A stretch of DNA of 57,994 nucleotides, counting the filler, from Porpidia crustulata (taxonomy: Eukaryota): the NCBI GenBank assembly GCA_964255105.1. It is 4 parts of 4 records of this genome, joined end to end, with 100 filler letters (N's around TTAATTAATTAA, not from the genome) between each part and the next. Parts side by side here need not be neighbours in the genome. Positions count along the whole stretch, not along the records: positions 29,099 to 43,518 come from CAXUWE010000379.1; positions 43,619 to 57,994 come from CAXUWE010000380.1; 2 more parts are not named here. The stretch is one strand, 5' to 3'. Positions 35,106-46,941 of the stretch are shown one piece after another. The notes beneath the pieces are model-generated. The model had not been told where the DNA came from, ran no database searches, and saw only the letters and a list, made by a program, of their open reading frames with translations. Each line of letters begins with the position of its first letter. Within the stretch, counting starts at the first letter, position 1. A program made the translations under genes and the position numbers.

Positions 35106-38100
35106 CTAGAAATTTCACCTTGCAGCTTTACTATTGGTACTGAGTTTAGGAGTCAATGCCGAGGTATGGGTTTTGCCTGATGATATGGGGATAGGTATGG
35201 GCTGGAATAATATGGTGTTAAATTGCATCGGAGGCAAGGAACATGGCGGTACCTCGTGGAAGTGTGGGGGATTATGGGAATACTACTGCGCTAGAAATGA
35301 CAATTGATACGATCACCACTTGGAACCGCGAGATTTTGACAAAGACAGTAGGATTTCTGCAGCAATCTCCCAACTCAACCATAGACAATGCAGTAAGCAC
35401 AGAGCATCCGTGTGACTGTCTGAGCGAGTGGCACAAGAGGGTCCCAAGGGAGAGGACTAGCTTTCGTTGCCTTGGTCGTACTTGATTATTTGATGTCCCA
35501 CAGTTTCTTCTCGTGTCGCACACGTATTGACTGCAGTCTGCACGTCAGAACTCTCAGCAGCATCAGCGCATGCAAGTTCCGGGATTCCAGAGGCACACTC
35601 ATGACAATCGTTAAAGTAAACCGTAGTCGACACGTGCTTGGTTCGGCTTGGGGTTCCGGATCAGGAACGGGACAGGGGGGTGCGTGCGAGCTATTCCCAT
35701 CCATCCCATGCTCAGAGCCGATCACAATAATAAAGCGGCACGTTGAGAAAGCGCATGGAACGCGATCGTGTGAGCATAGCCTTGACTGAAGAATAGATAG
35801 ATGGTGAAGAAGGAGAGACACGATCGTTGCCGATGCTGCCACTCAGTGTGCTGTGGCCTCGATATGTTGAAAGTACTTCAAGACCATAAAGATACGTATG
35901 CCCGTGGCTGCAGCTTCAACGCTTTAATAACAAGGCAATCGTCTAGCGAATCAAACTTTCCACCAGCAAACCATCCAGCCTCTGTCTGTCCCTCCGAGCC
36001 GCTCCTCGGCGTCAAAGAGAAGAACAGACGTAGCCAGTCTTTGACATTACCGTCTGTGCATCAGGTAAAGCATCACATCAACGAAGAATGACAAATTTGT
36101 CACAGTGGAAACGCCCCTCGCGTCTATGGTCATCGCATCTTCCGGACGATGGTGGCAGAGGATAACCTTGAAGGAACCGGTCTATATTTAAGAAATAGCA
36201 ACTGCCACTTCCCACGCTCAGCCTTGTGCGTTGATGCGATGCAAGCTGTTTGCGACGGCAGCCAGTCAAAATCCTTCCTGCCCCTACGTCCTTAATAATA
36301 TTGCACCCGGGCCTCTCCGTGTGTGTTCCTCGACTGTGTCGCGCTTCTACGGCAGGGCTCTCGCAGACGCTGCCATTTGTTGTTGTTATTTGGCCAAAAC
36401 TCATCTGCTCCACAGTCTCAATAGCCACAGGTCCAAGACTGTGCGCTACCACTAGCATCATCATTCCCGTTCCTGAGATCCTCTCCTCTGGACCTTGGTC
36501 TTTTTGGTGCCAAATGTGCCGGACCACGTTCTTAGGAAGGATGGGAAGGCGGCAATAGCCCGCGGGGCTGGTCCTCTCATGGATTAGCTCTTGGATGACT
36601 ACTCCCTTTCAAGCTTAGAGTTGAGCTGCTAATGGTGCATCTCTCGCTGCTCTCAATCGGTCCCTGGGCGTACATTTTTACGTTGGGGACAAGAGGTGGC
36701 CTAATGTCCCTGGGCGGCAGGCACCGCTAATAATTCCACAGGCCCTGTCCGGTGATCTGAGAATCTTCGACGCTAAACGAGGATTCCGGGTGACCGTATT
36801 GGCATCCTTCATCACCTGCGTGCCTGCCTACTCATCTACCTCGATGGAAAACATGCACAGCGACATCTTTCGCCATGACTTGGAGCACAGCCATTGCGAC
36901 TCGTAAGATACTCACCTTGAAACGTGACGACAGGAGTATGGTTTCCATGTATAGACGGTGCATCGTTAATTTATTAATACATACTCAAAACACTGCCCGT
37001 AGGGCGACTAGTCCAGGCCAGAAGCGCCCAGTAAGATATCGGCTGCTAAGGTAAGCTTGGTGGGTTGGCAAATGGGTGGAAAGGGTAATGATTGTTTTAA
37101 TTATTCCATCAAATTAATTAATTATTGCCTGCATTTTAATCGACTGGTGAAATGGCAGCTGGCAGTGGCAGGTACCGAAGTATTTAGTATCTGTCAGAGT
37201 GTCACGTTCCCAGCATAACCGACTGGTACCTCGAAGTTGTCTATCACTCTATCTACGGCACGCACAGAAGTAGTCACTGTAGCGTACCGTCCTTTTGCTC
37301 ATACCCCAAATATTGTCGTCGCCGCCTTACTGCTGTTCATCTTAATGCAATCCTTTCGTCTCCTCTGGCCCGTTATTCGTAGAGGTTGTGCCTTGTGCGC
37401 CAAATCCCCCCCCCCTGCGCCAGGGTGCTCGTCTCTTATAGCGGCATTCCCCTTGTCTGGATTGGGTAAAGTAGCACCTGGCTGCAGCAAACCTCTCACC
37501 TCCCTCAATCTCCTGTCTTCGCCGTAGATCCCAAGTCTCTCCCAACCAAAAGCCACCACTCTTCCTCCCCCAACGACTACTTCTTCACGTCGCCATCATC
37601 GATCCCGAATATTGAACGACAGCAGACGTGCGACTCACTGCATCGCACAGGCAACTAGACTCGTCGCTTGGATTGGGAAGTGGGAGTGGACCTCTAATTT
37701 CCGTCCACAAACTTGAGGCTAGGTATATCTTCGCGACGTTAAGATTACAACACGCTCTTTGAACAACTTGACAACAATCGATTCCATCACACTCGTTTGA
37801 CGCCCTGTTTTCTTGACCTTGCAGCTACAGATCCTATAACGTGGTTGACACCTGTTCCGAGTCCCTTGTCTCGGCCCCACACAACGACGGAGTGACTCCC
37901 CGTGTCAAGCATTGTCGTTTTTCAACTACAGCATCATTCGAGGCGAATTGCGTCAGGAGGAACGATCGAGAGGCTTTGGGCGTCTTCTGGACCTCGTCTT
38001 ACTCGATCCGCTCCGGGAAGAGACCGTGGAAGTTCTTTGTTGGACTGTCCTTACTATCCACCCGAGAAGTGAAATTACGAACGCCAAATCCATCGCAATG

Positions 38101-38402
38101 AGGCGTATGAAGACAAAGGGTTGATTTGGATCTGTTCACAAAGGCTTGGACGTCCTGAATCGATTTCGCCGACGTCGCCAGTCTTGGATTCGACATCTGT
38201 TCCTGAACACGACTCTGTGATCGGAGAACGCTGTGGAAGAGTCATCCTTGCCTCGAAGGAAGAATAAGCCAGCAGATAATTCGTACGAGGCACACAAGCA
38301 TCGACATCGCGTCTCGCTATCTATTTTCTCTTTGGGACCTTAATTGTCCCTTCACACTCCTTTGAAGCACTGATTTTTATTGAAGCGCGCTCAGCAGCGA
38401 CA

Positions 38403-38580
38403 GTAAGTTTCTCCATCTGCTCCGACCTGTTCTCTGAGCCAACTTGGGACTTCATCGCTGACTATTCCTTCGCAGCGACGTTCTTTTTGATTTTGGCTTG
38501 TCATATTCACTCGTTTATATTTGATCCTGACAGTAAGTCACCATTGCATCTGATCGGCCGACCATGTCTAATGAGAACAG
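38403..38580 (+). other. two 5'-UTR introns of the mucin gene (38403-38475, 38533-38580)
   Basis: Both are GACA|GTAAGT ... CTGAC/CTAAT ... CAG, upstream of ATG 38664. Confidence 0.7.
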
Positions 38581-38663
38581 AAATCTATTGCTATATATCT
38601 TTCAGTGACTTAACCTTGTAGTAATAAAGATCTTCCAAGATTTATCACATAATCACAACTATC

Positions 38664-41600
38664 ATGATTCGAAGGCCTTCTCTCGTTTTGGCGGTATGCC
38701 TCGCAATACTCTCAACTTTTAATCCTGCATTATGCTTCGCTGCTGCTGCACCAGCAGGCGTTGCGCCGTTGGAAAGGCCAAAATATTACTATCCAAGACA
38801 TATCAAACGTCAAATCGTGACGAACAACACAATGTCTTCCGTCTCGTCTACGACCGAGCAATCATCGACGACGACGGAAACCACATCGCACACATCGCTC
38901 ACGGACACAATGTCAAGTTTGACCAGCAGCTCTCATACCACAACATCTCTGGACACAACTGACGTGTTGCCATCGACCTCCTCGGGTACAATCTCGTCCG
39001 CGACCGGGGCATCGCCTTCGTCTTCGCTGAGTTCAACGATGTCTACCACTCCTACAACAACGTCTATTGCTCCTACAACGACATCGGAAACAACGCAGCC
39101 TTCCACAGCTTCGGCGTCAAGCACTTCAGCAACAGATAGTGCATCAAGTACCACTGAGACCAGCAATACTGGATCAAGCGCGGCACAGCCGACCGGGACC
39201 ATTGGATCGAGCACAACCCAGACCAGCACTACCGATTCGAGTAGTTCACAGTCATCTGGGAGCACTGGGTCAAGCACAACGCAAACGGGCGCGACTGACT
39301 CAGGTAGCACACAGTCTTCTGGAAGCACTGGATCAAGTACAAGCCAAACAAGTATTACCGCTCCAAGCAGCAGTTCGCAGTCATCTGGGAGCACTGGATC
39401 AAGCACGACACAAACCAGTGTTACTCAGACCACGGCCTCGCCACCACCTGGTACAGGAGGGAGTAGTGGAACAACTAGTGGAACGAGTAGCGGAACGAGC
39501 ATAGATCAACCAAGCTTACCTCTCTCGATTCCTGTTACTATACCTGGGACCCAATCAAGCACGACGCCGAGTAGCATTACTACGCCTGATACGTCGTCTT
39601 CAACGAACTCCGGCCAAAGCACAACCGGCCCAGGCCCTGCGCAATCCAGCTTAGGTGATTCAGTAGGCACTGCACCTGGCAATTCCGCGAGTACAGGTAA
39701 TAGCGGGTCAAGTACGATAGCAAGTATTGCATCGACAAGCGCTGCGCAACTTACACCATCAATCACTCTGGGAGGTACAGCACCGTCAAATCAGCCAACC
39801 ACGACTGGAAGCACATCGCAGCCAACCACCGAGACCTCCGCCACAGGGCCAATTCCGTCTAGCACGCCGTTTATCAGCGTTCCCGGAATATTACCAAGTA
39901 GTGGACAGGCCAGCGGTTCTTCGCAGACCAGCGCAAGCTCCACGAGTGGGACTTCATCAATAATCCAAACCGGCTCTACTGGCCAAGAATCCCCGATAAC
40001 TACTGCTTCTGGTCAGTCTTCAAGTCAGGGGTCTTCAACCACTGGGACAACTGCCCCTCTGATACCCCTGCCTGTCTCAGCGAGCCTTTCTCTTGGTCAA
40101 AGCAGCTCACCAGCTTCCGGATCTGCGTCCACCACTGACACGAGTCTTACTTCTGGTGCACCCTCGACCGTGTCGGTCGTGTCAGTACCGATTACTTTCA
40201 CCAATAGCCAGGGCACTTTTACAGCATCGGTGCCTGTATCGGTCAGCATTTCAAGCAGTACCAAGGATTCCGTACCCATCGTATCGGTGCCCGTCACGAT
40301 TTCTAATAGCGAGACTACATTCACGGCCAGTGCTCCTATAACGGTTTCGATTCCAGCCAATCCCTCGAACCCAGTGCCAACTTTGCCAATTGTATCTGTG
40401 CCACTTACAGTATCTGGAAGCTCGACTACTTTCACGACTAGTGTACCTGTAACAGCCACAACACAAAGTGTATTTTCTGGCTCATCTGGCAATCCATCTA
40501 TTGTACCAGTGTCTATCCCCGTTACCATCTCTCACAGTGATACGACCTTGACGACTCTTGTTCCTGTGCCTATCACAGTTCCTACCATATCGATAGTGTC
40601 CAGCTTTAGTCTTTCACCACTCTCGACAGCTGTCACTATCTCTGACACCCGAGGTACAATCACAACCAGTGTTGCTGTACCTACTACAGCTACGAGCGTG
40701 CCTGTCCAATCTAGCTTCAGCCTTCCTCCTCTCTCGATAGGAGTCACAATTTCGGATACACGAGGAACTCTTACAACAAGTATCGCTTTGCCGACTGTGA
40801 GCCCGAGCAGACCTTCAGAACCTAGCTCGTTCAGCCTAACAGCATTATCTACGGGGCTTAGTGGCTCTGCTTCCCAAAGCACGTCCGTCACTAGCGGGCC
40901 TGCACCGATCACTACGAAGCTTCCCTCGGTACCGATTACTATCACCTCCGGCGGATCCACGGTAGTTACCTCTTTACCGCCACTCTCCATCTCTATCCCT
41001 ACCCCAGACACCACGCGAGGTACAGCGACATCGAGTGCTCCTATACCCATAGTGCCTACTACGACCAAGGTTCCATCGGTCCCTGTGACTATCCCATCAA
41101 TTCCAATCACTGTCACCAGTGGTGGATCCACGTTGGTCACATCTCTACCACCTCTGTCATTCTCTAATCCAGATACAAGCAGAGGTACAACAGTGGTGCC
41201 TGTGCCAACGACCTCCAGCCACCAAAGTGCCTTGCCCAGTAATCCATCTGTCCAAAGTGTCTTGCCTGGACTTCCCACTCAGAGCATCCTACCGACTACT
41301 ACCTTAGCTTCTAGTAGCGGTGTCCCACCAATTATAATACCTCCAAGTGTAAGTCCGACATTGCAGGGCCCATCTCACTCAAACACTGTAACGGCTCAGC
41401 CTGTGTCGTCATCGGTGTCTACCGCGGCTCCTTCGGGTTCGAGCATCGTCTTTGGTCCTTCAGGAGTCGTCTCCTCTAGTGGTAGCACCCTCCCACCAAC
41501 TGCTTCGATAGGTCTTCCTTCAACGTCTGGGTCGCTCAGTGTGCCATCTACAGGCAGCATTGTTTTTGGCCCGTCGGGAGTCTTATCTTCAACGGCGTCG

Positions 41601-43163
41601 TTGTCTACAGGCAGCGCGGGATCAATTCTGCCCTCTGTGACTGGAGAGAGTAAAACGCTTGGTTCCACTGGGCTATCAGGAACTTTAAATACAGCCTCGG
41701 CGACCGGAGCTGGTTCTGCAGTATCCACTGCAACTCCAGTACTGTCGCAGACTGGAACGGCGAGTCTGCCAGCAACAGCCACAGGCTCTGTATCAGGCTC
41801 TACGAATTCTGGGGCTTCGTTGACCAGCCCGGCGTCCGCGGCAGCTACGACAATATCTGGAAGCTCGTCTTTGACAGGTGGCCTCAGTGGTGCTTCGACA
41901 GCTGGAGCTTCCTCATCGACTGGCGTTGCTGTAATTGGGGCATCAACAAGCGGATCCTCGGGCGTTCCCAGCACAGTCGGCACCGTAAGTGCATTGGGAG
42001 CGGCGACCTCTTCAGTGGGTTCGGTTGTGAATACAGGAGCTTCCCCCACTGGAACAGTAGCATCGGCAAGTATCGCAACACCCGCAACAGGATCAAGCTC
42101 TGGCGTCGTTCCGGCCGTGGTCACCATTCAACCTTCGGCTGTCCCCAGTGTCTACCCTACCACAGGCCCGCACACCATCCAGCCAATAGGTACAAACAGC
42201 GAAACTGCCCAATCTGTACCGTCGAGTATTATCGTTGCGCCATCCCAGACAGCACAGACTCTCGACTTTCCACATACAGGCATCCCGTCTAATCTACCTC
42301 AAGTCATCTTCCCTACAGGTGGTCAACAGGATGCACCTAGGAATACCACTATTGTTCAGATCGGCTTTCTATATCCCCTCAATTATGCTTTTGTGCTCGC
42401 AAACTCCTTATCTCAAACGCAAATCTTCACTTATCTCCCTCAGGGTATCGCTTGGGGATTGGGAATATCGGTTGAGAACATCACCATGCAAACTCTTAGA
42501 GCGTATGATACAACAAAAGACTTGGGATACATCACTACTCTCGCTTTGGCTTTCATTCCAAATGAGTTTGTTGACAAGCTTAGTTTGGATCTTCACACTC
42601 CGTCCAACAAGATCTACAAACACCCAGACCCCAGTGTGTCAACGCTTCTATCAATGATCAACCCTGCTTTACCGATACACGCCGATGGTTCCATGTCCGG
42701 TGCCTCACCGGTAGGTTCGGGTAGTGCTTCAAGCTCCACTGCGACCGCACCGCCCGGTCAAGAGGGTGCGCCTATCGGTGGTGGTATCAACGACTCGCAA
42801 CCTGTCAAAGCATCTGCTGCGGGTATTGGTGTTGGAGTCTGCCTCGGTGCAGCAGCTTATGGTGCAGCTATGTTCCTGGTTGCTCGCCGCTACAAAATGC
42901 GCCGACAATCGCATCGCCGATCTCCTTCCCTCCTCAGTTCGCCCGTCATGTCCGGAAGCAGTCCACATGATTACATGGGGGGTGCCGGTGCAGCGCTGAT
43001 GTCCGGCGGCCGAGGCGATGGAGGCCGAAGTACATCACCTGGCGACTTTTACTACGGCACCGGCTACGGGCGAGACAGTCGGGGCAGCGGTCGAAGCGGG
43101 AGCACAGGAAGACAGCAGATCAGCGCGCCGGTAATGGCGGAGAATTCATTGGGATGGAATTAA
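38664..43163 (+). CDS. MSB2: Msb2/Hkr1-family signalling mucin
   Basis: Signal peptide, ~1150-aa Ser/Thr/Pro-rich ectodomain, Hkr1-Msb2 homology region (VQIGFLYPLNYAFV...QIFTYLPQGIA...GYITTLALAFIP), TM (AGIGVGVCLGAAAYGAAMFLVARRY), C-terminus ISAPVMAENSLGWN. Confidence 0.92.
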   Translation: MIRRPSLVLAVCLAILSTFNPALCFAAAAPAGVAPLERPKYYYPRHIKRQIVTNNTMSSVSSTTEQSSTTTETTSHTSLTDTMSSLTSSSHTTTSLDTTDVLPSTSSGTISSATGASPSSSLSSTMSTTPTTTSIAPTTTSETTQPSTASASSTSATDSASSTTETSNTGSSAAQPTGTIGSSTTQTSTTDSSSSQSSGSTGSSTTQTGATDSGSTQSSGSTGSSTSQTSITAPSSSSQSSGSTGSSTTQTSVTQTTASPPPGTGGSSGTTSGTSSGTSIDQPSLPLSIPVTIPGTQSSTTPSSITTPDTSSSTNSGQSTTGPGPAQSSLGDSVGTAPGNSASTGNSGSSTIASIASTSAAQLTPSITLGGTAPSNQPTTTGSTSQPTTETSATGPIPSSTPFISVPGILPSSGQASGSSQTSASSTSGTSSIIQTGSTGQESPITTASGQSSSQGSSTTGTTAPLIPLPVSASLSLGQSSSPASGSASTTDTSLTSGAPSTVSVVSVPITFTNSQGTFTASVPVSVSISSSTKDSVPIVSVPVTISNSETTFTASAPITVSIPANPSNPVPTLPIVSVPLTVSGSSTTFTTSVPVTATTQSVFSGSSGNPSIVPVSIPVTISHSDTTLTTLVPVPITVPTISIVSSFSLSPLSTAVTISDTRGTITTSVAVPTTATSVPVQSSFSLPPLSIGVTISDTRGTLTTSIALPTVSPSRPSEPSSFSLTALSTGLSGSASQSTSVTSGPAPITTKLPSVPITITSGGSTVVTSLPPLSISIPTPDTTRGTATSSAPIPIVPTTTKVPSVPVTIPSIPITVTSGGSTLVTSLPPLSFSNPDTSRGTTVVPVPTTSSHQSALPSNPSVQSVLPGLPTQSILPTTTLASSSGVPPIIIPPSVSPTLQGPSHSNTVTAQPVSSSVSTAAPSGSSIVFGPSGVVSSSGSTLPPTASIGLPSTSGSLSVPSTGSIVFGPSGVLSSTASLSTGSAGSILPSVTGESKTLGSTGLSGTLNTASATGAGSAVSTATPVLSQTGTASLPATATGSVSGSTNSGASLTSPASAAATTISGSSSLTGGLSGASTAGASSSTGVAVIGASTSGSSGVPSTVGTVSALGAATSSVGSVVNTGASPTGTVASASIATPATGSSSGVVPAVVTIQPSAVPSVYPTTGPHTIQPIGTNSETAQSVPSSIIVAPSQTAQTLDFPHTGIPSNLPQVIFPTGGQQDAPRNTTIVQIGFLYPLNYAFVLANSLSQTQIFTYLPQGIAWGLGISVENITMQTLRAYDTTKDLGYITTLALAFIPNEFVDKLSLDLHTPSNKIYKHPDPSVSTLLSMINPALPIHADGSMSGASPVGSGSASSSTATAPPGQEGAPIGGGINDSQPVKASAAGIGVGVCLGAAAYGAAMFLVARRYKMRRQSHRRSPSLLSSPVMSGSSPHDYMGGAGAALMSGGRGDGGRSTSPGDFYYGTGYGRDSRGSGRSGSTGRQQISAPVMAENSLGWN
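39190..39430 (+). repeat. degenerate ~63-66-nt tandem repeats in the mucin (SSQSSGSTGSSTTQT unit)
   Basis: cagtcatctgggagcactgg / cagtcttctggaagcactgg recur near 39250, 39313 and 39378. Confidence 0.75.
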
Positions 43164-43518
43164 AAAAAAGGAAATGTCTTGGTATGTAAAATACGCGATT
43201 ACAACAATATAATTTTGATTGGGGCACGGATATCTCGACATCGTCAAAATCCGCCACCAACCATCACGCCCTCGAGGAGCCGCCTCCGAGAGCATATTAA
43301 TGCGGCTGGGGGCTAGCGGCGTTGGGGAAGAAAAGGCGGCGGTGGCTATTCGCCGCTTTGGCCTTTTTTGCTTTACAATTTACTTTTCCATGTCCGTGTT
43401 CATTCTCCAAAGGTCGGGCATCTCGATTATCCCATAGATCTGGCTTTGACATCTGGGTCCATCGACGGCCCGACTTTTTTGCCTTATACCATTTTGTGTT
43501 CGGATAGAATTGAGGGAG

Positions 43519-43618
43519 NNNNNNNNNNNNNNNNNNNNNNNNNNNNNNNNNNNNNNNNNNNNTTAATTAATTAANNNNNNNNNNNNNNNNNNNNNNNNNN
43601 NNNNNNNNNNNNNNNNNN
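43519..43618. other. artificial contig spacer
   Basis: N44-TTAATTAATTAA-N44. Confidence 0.97.
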
Positions 43619-45374
43619 ATACTCCCATGCTTTTTGGCCTCCTGTTCCGCATTCGAATCCCCAGTCGGGATCTCATACATGGGCTTCCCGAGCTCGACCT
43701 CGCACAGCAGCAGCAGGCCCGTGCCGCCGCTCATGCCGACCATGCAGTACTGCGCCGACTTGCTCGAGACGTCGGCCATGTAGACGCCCTTGCCGAAGGC
43801 GTAGCCGTTGACGGGCGCCTCGGGCGGCGCGATGCGCAGCCCTTGCGATAAAATGCCGCCGTAATTGGTGGTGCGGGAGCCGTGCCAGAGGAGGCGGCGG
43901 TCTTTTTTGCGGAGGGCGGCGAATTCCGAGGCGGCGAAGCGGGCGGATTCGCCCGTGCGCTCGAGGCGGAAGATGTCTTCGAGGCGATAGCGGATGTTGT
44001 GGGCGGCGCCGGAGGATTTGATCAGATAGTCGGCGAGGGCTTTGTATTCGTCGGAGTGGTGGTCGAGCGGGGTCAATTCTTCCAGGTTGAGTTCTTGGAA
44101 GCGTTGGTCGAGCTGATTGACCCTCTCGGCGTCTTTGGCTTTGTCGCCGGTGGTTTTCATGATGGTGTTGGCGACTTCCATGTCCGTAAGGGTATCGAGC
44201 ATCGAGACTTCTTTGCGGAGGACGTCATTGTTGTCAATCAGGGTGGGCCGGTTACGGCCAAATTCGTGGGGAATGGTGGAGTAGTATTTGTTGGAGAAAT
44301 CCTCAATGGCCTGTTGCAGGGTCAGCAACAAGGTCGAGGATGGACAAGAGCTGACGCATGATCCAGGGCCAAAACTGGCTAGGAAGCCATGTAAAAGCAT
44401 GCAATGTAAGGACAATGCCTTTCCTCACCGAATGAAAAGACAGACACACTTCAAGATTATCAACACCAAACCTCAAAAACTCACCTCTCGTTGCTCCACC
44501 CCATACTTATTCTGCGCCAACTTCGGATGCTTAATTAACCCCGCCAGCTCATGCAAATGCTCAAACCCCTGCTTCAACGTCGCCTTGGACAGTTTCCCCA
44601 GCGGTAGCTTCTGAGCATTGTACCCGATCCCCTCCAGCACGGCGTTAAAGTGGTTCTGGTTAAAGATGAGCTCCATGAGCCGCTGCGTCTGGCGCGGGAG
44701 CTTGCTGTCGGTTTCGGGCTCGCCCTCGCCCTCGTCATCTTCTGGTTTTTTGACAGGGTCATTTTCGTCACCGTCGTTGTCGTCCTCTTCGTAGCTGCGT
44801 TCGATGAAGGTGTACTTGCCCTTTTTGGGGGGTTCGGGTCGATCGGCCCAGGCGTGGCCAGATTTGTCTTTGAATTTCTTGTCGAATTCTTTGTGCGCGG
44901 CTTCGAGGTCGATGGGGCCCATGGTTTTGACTTGGCCGTGTTCGCCAACGCGGCCCCAGCGGGTGTGGGTGTAGTATTCTTCGTCGTCGTCGGTTGCTAG
45001 TAGCTGCAAGCGGTAAAACTGATGGCGGATGAGTTGAATCGCTTTTTTAACTTACTGAGAGGAAGCTATACGTACTTTGTTGTTGTTTCCGCCGATGTTG
45101 GTTTGATTCAGAGAAGCGTCGAAGATGATCCCATCATCGTCGACATAAACTTTGGCGCTCCCTGTTGATCTTCAGCCAAGATTCCCAACACTCGATGACG
45201 CCAGCTGCACAGCTTGCTTGCGCTCCAGCATATAATCTTACCTTCAGCAGTGAAGCCTTCATCGAGCGAGATGTTTAGATCGCGGGTCACCGCCTTTTGC
45301 CCATCCTGTTTCGGCTGCTTGGCCTTGCCTTTGCCCTTGCTTGCTTGCTTCGCGGCTTTGCGCTTCGGAGGCAT
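43619..45374 (-). CDS. poly(ADP-ribose) polymerase, WGR + regulatory + catalytic domains, no BRCT; 3' end cut by contig end
   Basis: ASLNQTNIGGNNNK|FYRLQLL, TRWGRVGEHGQ, KLPLGKLSK, YYSTIPHEFG, LLWHGSR, GLRIAPPEAPVNGYAFGKGVYMAD..SKSAQY; three GT-AG introns. Confidence 0.93.
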
Positions 45375-46117
45375 TGTGCAGGATTGGTAGAATGAATTAG
45401 TTAACTACCCCTTTGAAATTACAGTGCTCCTGAGATTGTGACTTGTTGCGACGCTTGCATTAAGAAAGGAAAATGCATCTTCTTATAGGAGAACGGCATC
45501 CCTCGGTTATTCCCTCGTCGGTCAATAACTAACGGCTGATCCGACGCTAGTACGAGGCGGCGTAAGGCGGCCGTCAGGCATCAGCAACTGAGGACCATAA
45601 TAAACCGCGACAAGACGACATCAAATATCAGATGATGTAGGATATTCATAAACCGATGATCTTGAACCGTGGTTGCCTTGTGGTTGACTGGAGAAGTCAT
45701 ACAAGCAGTACAGCTAATTGAATGAGTTGCACAGAAGACGTCGATCTTGTGGATAACTGGGAAAATCGCTCAGGCAGAACATGTAATCTGAATTGTAATA
45801 ATAGATGTGGATAGAGATGACGATCTGGAAGCATGGCGGCACGAACTGCATCTCATAGATGGAAAGTCCCTGGAGGATGCAAGAACTTTACATCCAAAGT
45901 GAAAGATTGTCTAGGCAAAAGCTTTGCAAAACGCCAACGCACATAACGGAGAGAGAAGGTCGGTCCTGCTCCTTGCCCTAGTTGATTTTTGAACGACTGG
46001 AGCAGAATTCTCATTTGAAAGGAGAAGATAAAGAAAGTAGGTCATCGGTGATAGTAGTTCCAGAAAGCTTTCAGGAGATGATTCAAGCAGATGCTTTGAC
46101 ATAATAACCCTTTTATC

Positions 46118-46941
46118 TCATCGCTTCTTTGCATCTTCAGCTTGTTGCCTTAGTATCCATTCTCTACCCTCTCTTGTCGCCTTCTCTATAGCCTGCTTGT
46201 CCATTTCTTTCACTCCATGACGGCTGGGGACATGTCTTCCCTTCTCCACCGCGGGTCTCTTCAACATTCTGTCCTCCCACGCTTGCAACTGTGGGAACTC
46301 TGAAATGTCAACGCCCGAGTATCCAGCGGCAGCAACCCAGCCCCAATGCGCGATGTCGGCAATGGTGCATTTATCACCAACGAGGTAAGCCGATTTGGAC
46401 TGACTGAGATGCCTGTCAAGCACACCATACAGGCGTCTTGTCTCATTCACATATCGGTCGATGCCGTACTGTATCTTCTCTGGCGCATAGTGGTTGAAAT
46501 GATTGGCTTGACCCTGCATCGGTCCAACACCGCCCTGTAGAAAGAACAACCAGCTGTTTACTTCATAGGATTCACGGGAGCCTTTTGGGTAGCTGATGGC
46601 ATGTCTCGGGTCATATTGCTCCACGAGATACTGCATGATCGATCCAGACTCGAATAGACGAATTATCTTACCATCGGTGAAGGTGTCCGTCAGGGCTGGA
46701 ATGCGGCCATTGGGATTGATCTCAAGAAACCAGTCTTGTTTCTGGACGCCCGCCTTCATATCGATGGCATGAACCTTATACTGGAGGCTAATGGGCACCA
46801 AAGAGGTCAGCGAGAGAGTGCATATAAGAGAATGGAACTATACCCGAGCTCTTCCAAAGTAATGGAGATTTTGATGCCATTGGGAGTTTGGGCAGTGTAT
46901 AGGTTGATGTCCGGCACGTTTTCGTCAAATACAACTGCCAT
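46118..46941 (-). CDS. glutathione S-transferase (Ure2p/GST-Nu-like)
   Basis: INLYTAQTPNGIKISITLEELG, intron, FLEINPNGRIPAL, LFESGSI, GVGPMQGQANHF, TIADIAHWGWV. Confidence 0.93.

Noticed and set aside
38933..42127. Long antisense Val/Gly/Asp-rich ORFs
   Set aside because: Shadows of the Ser/Thr-rich mucin codons.
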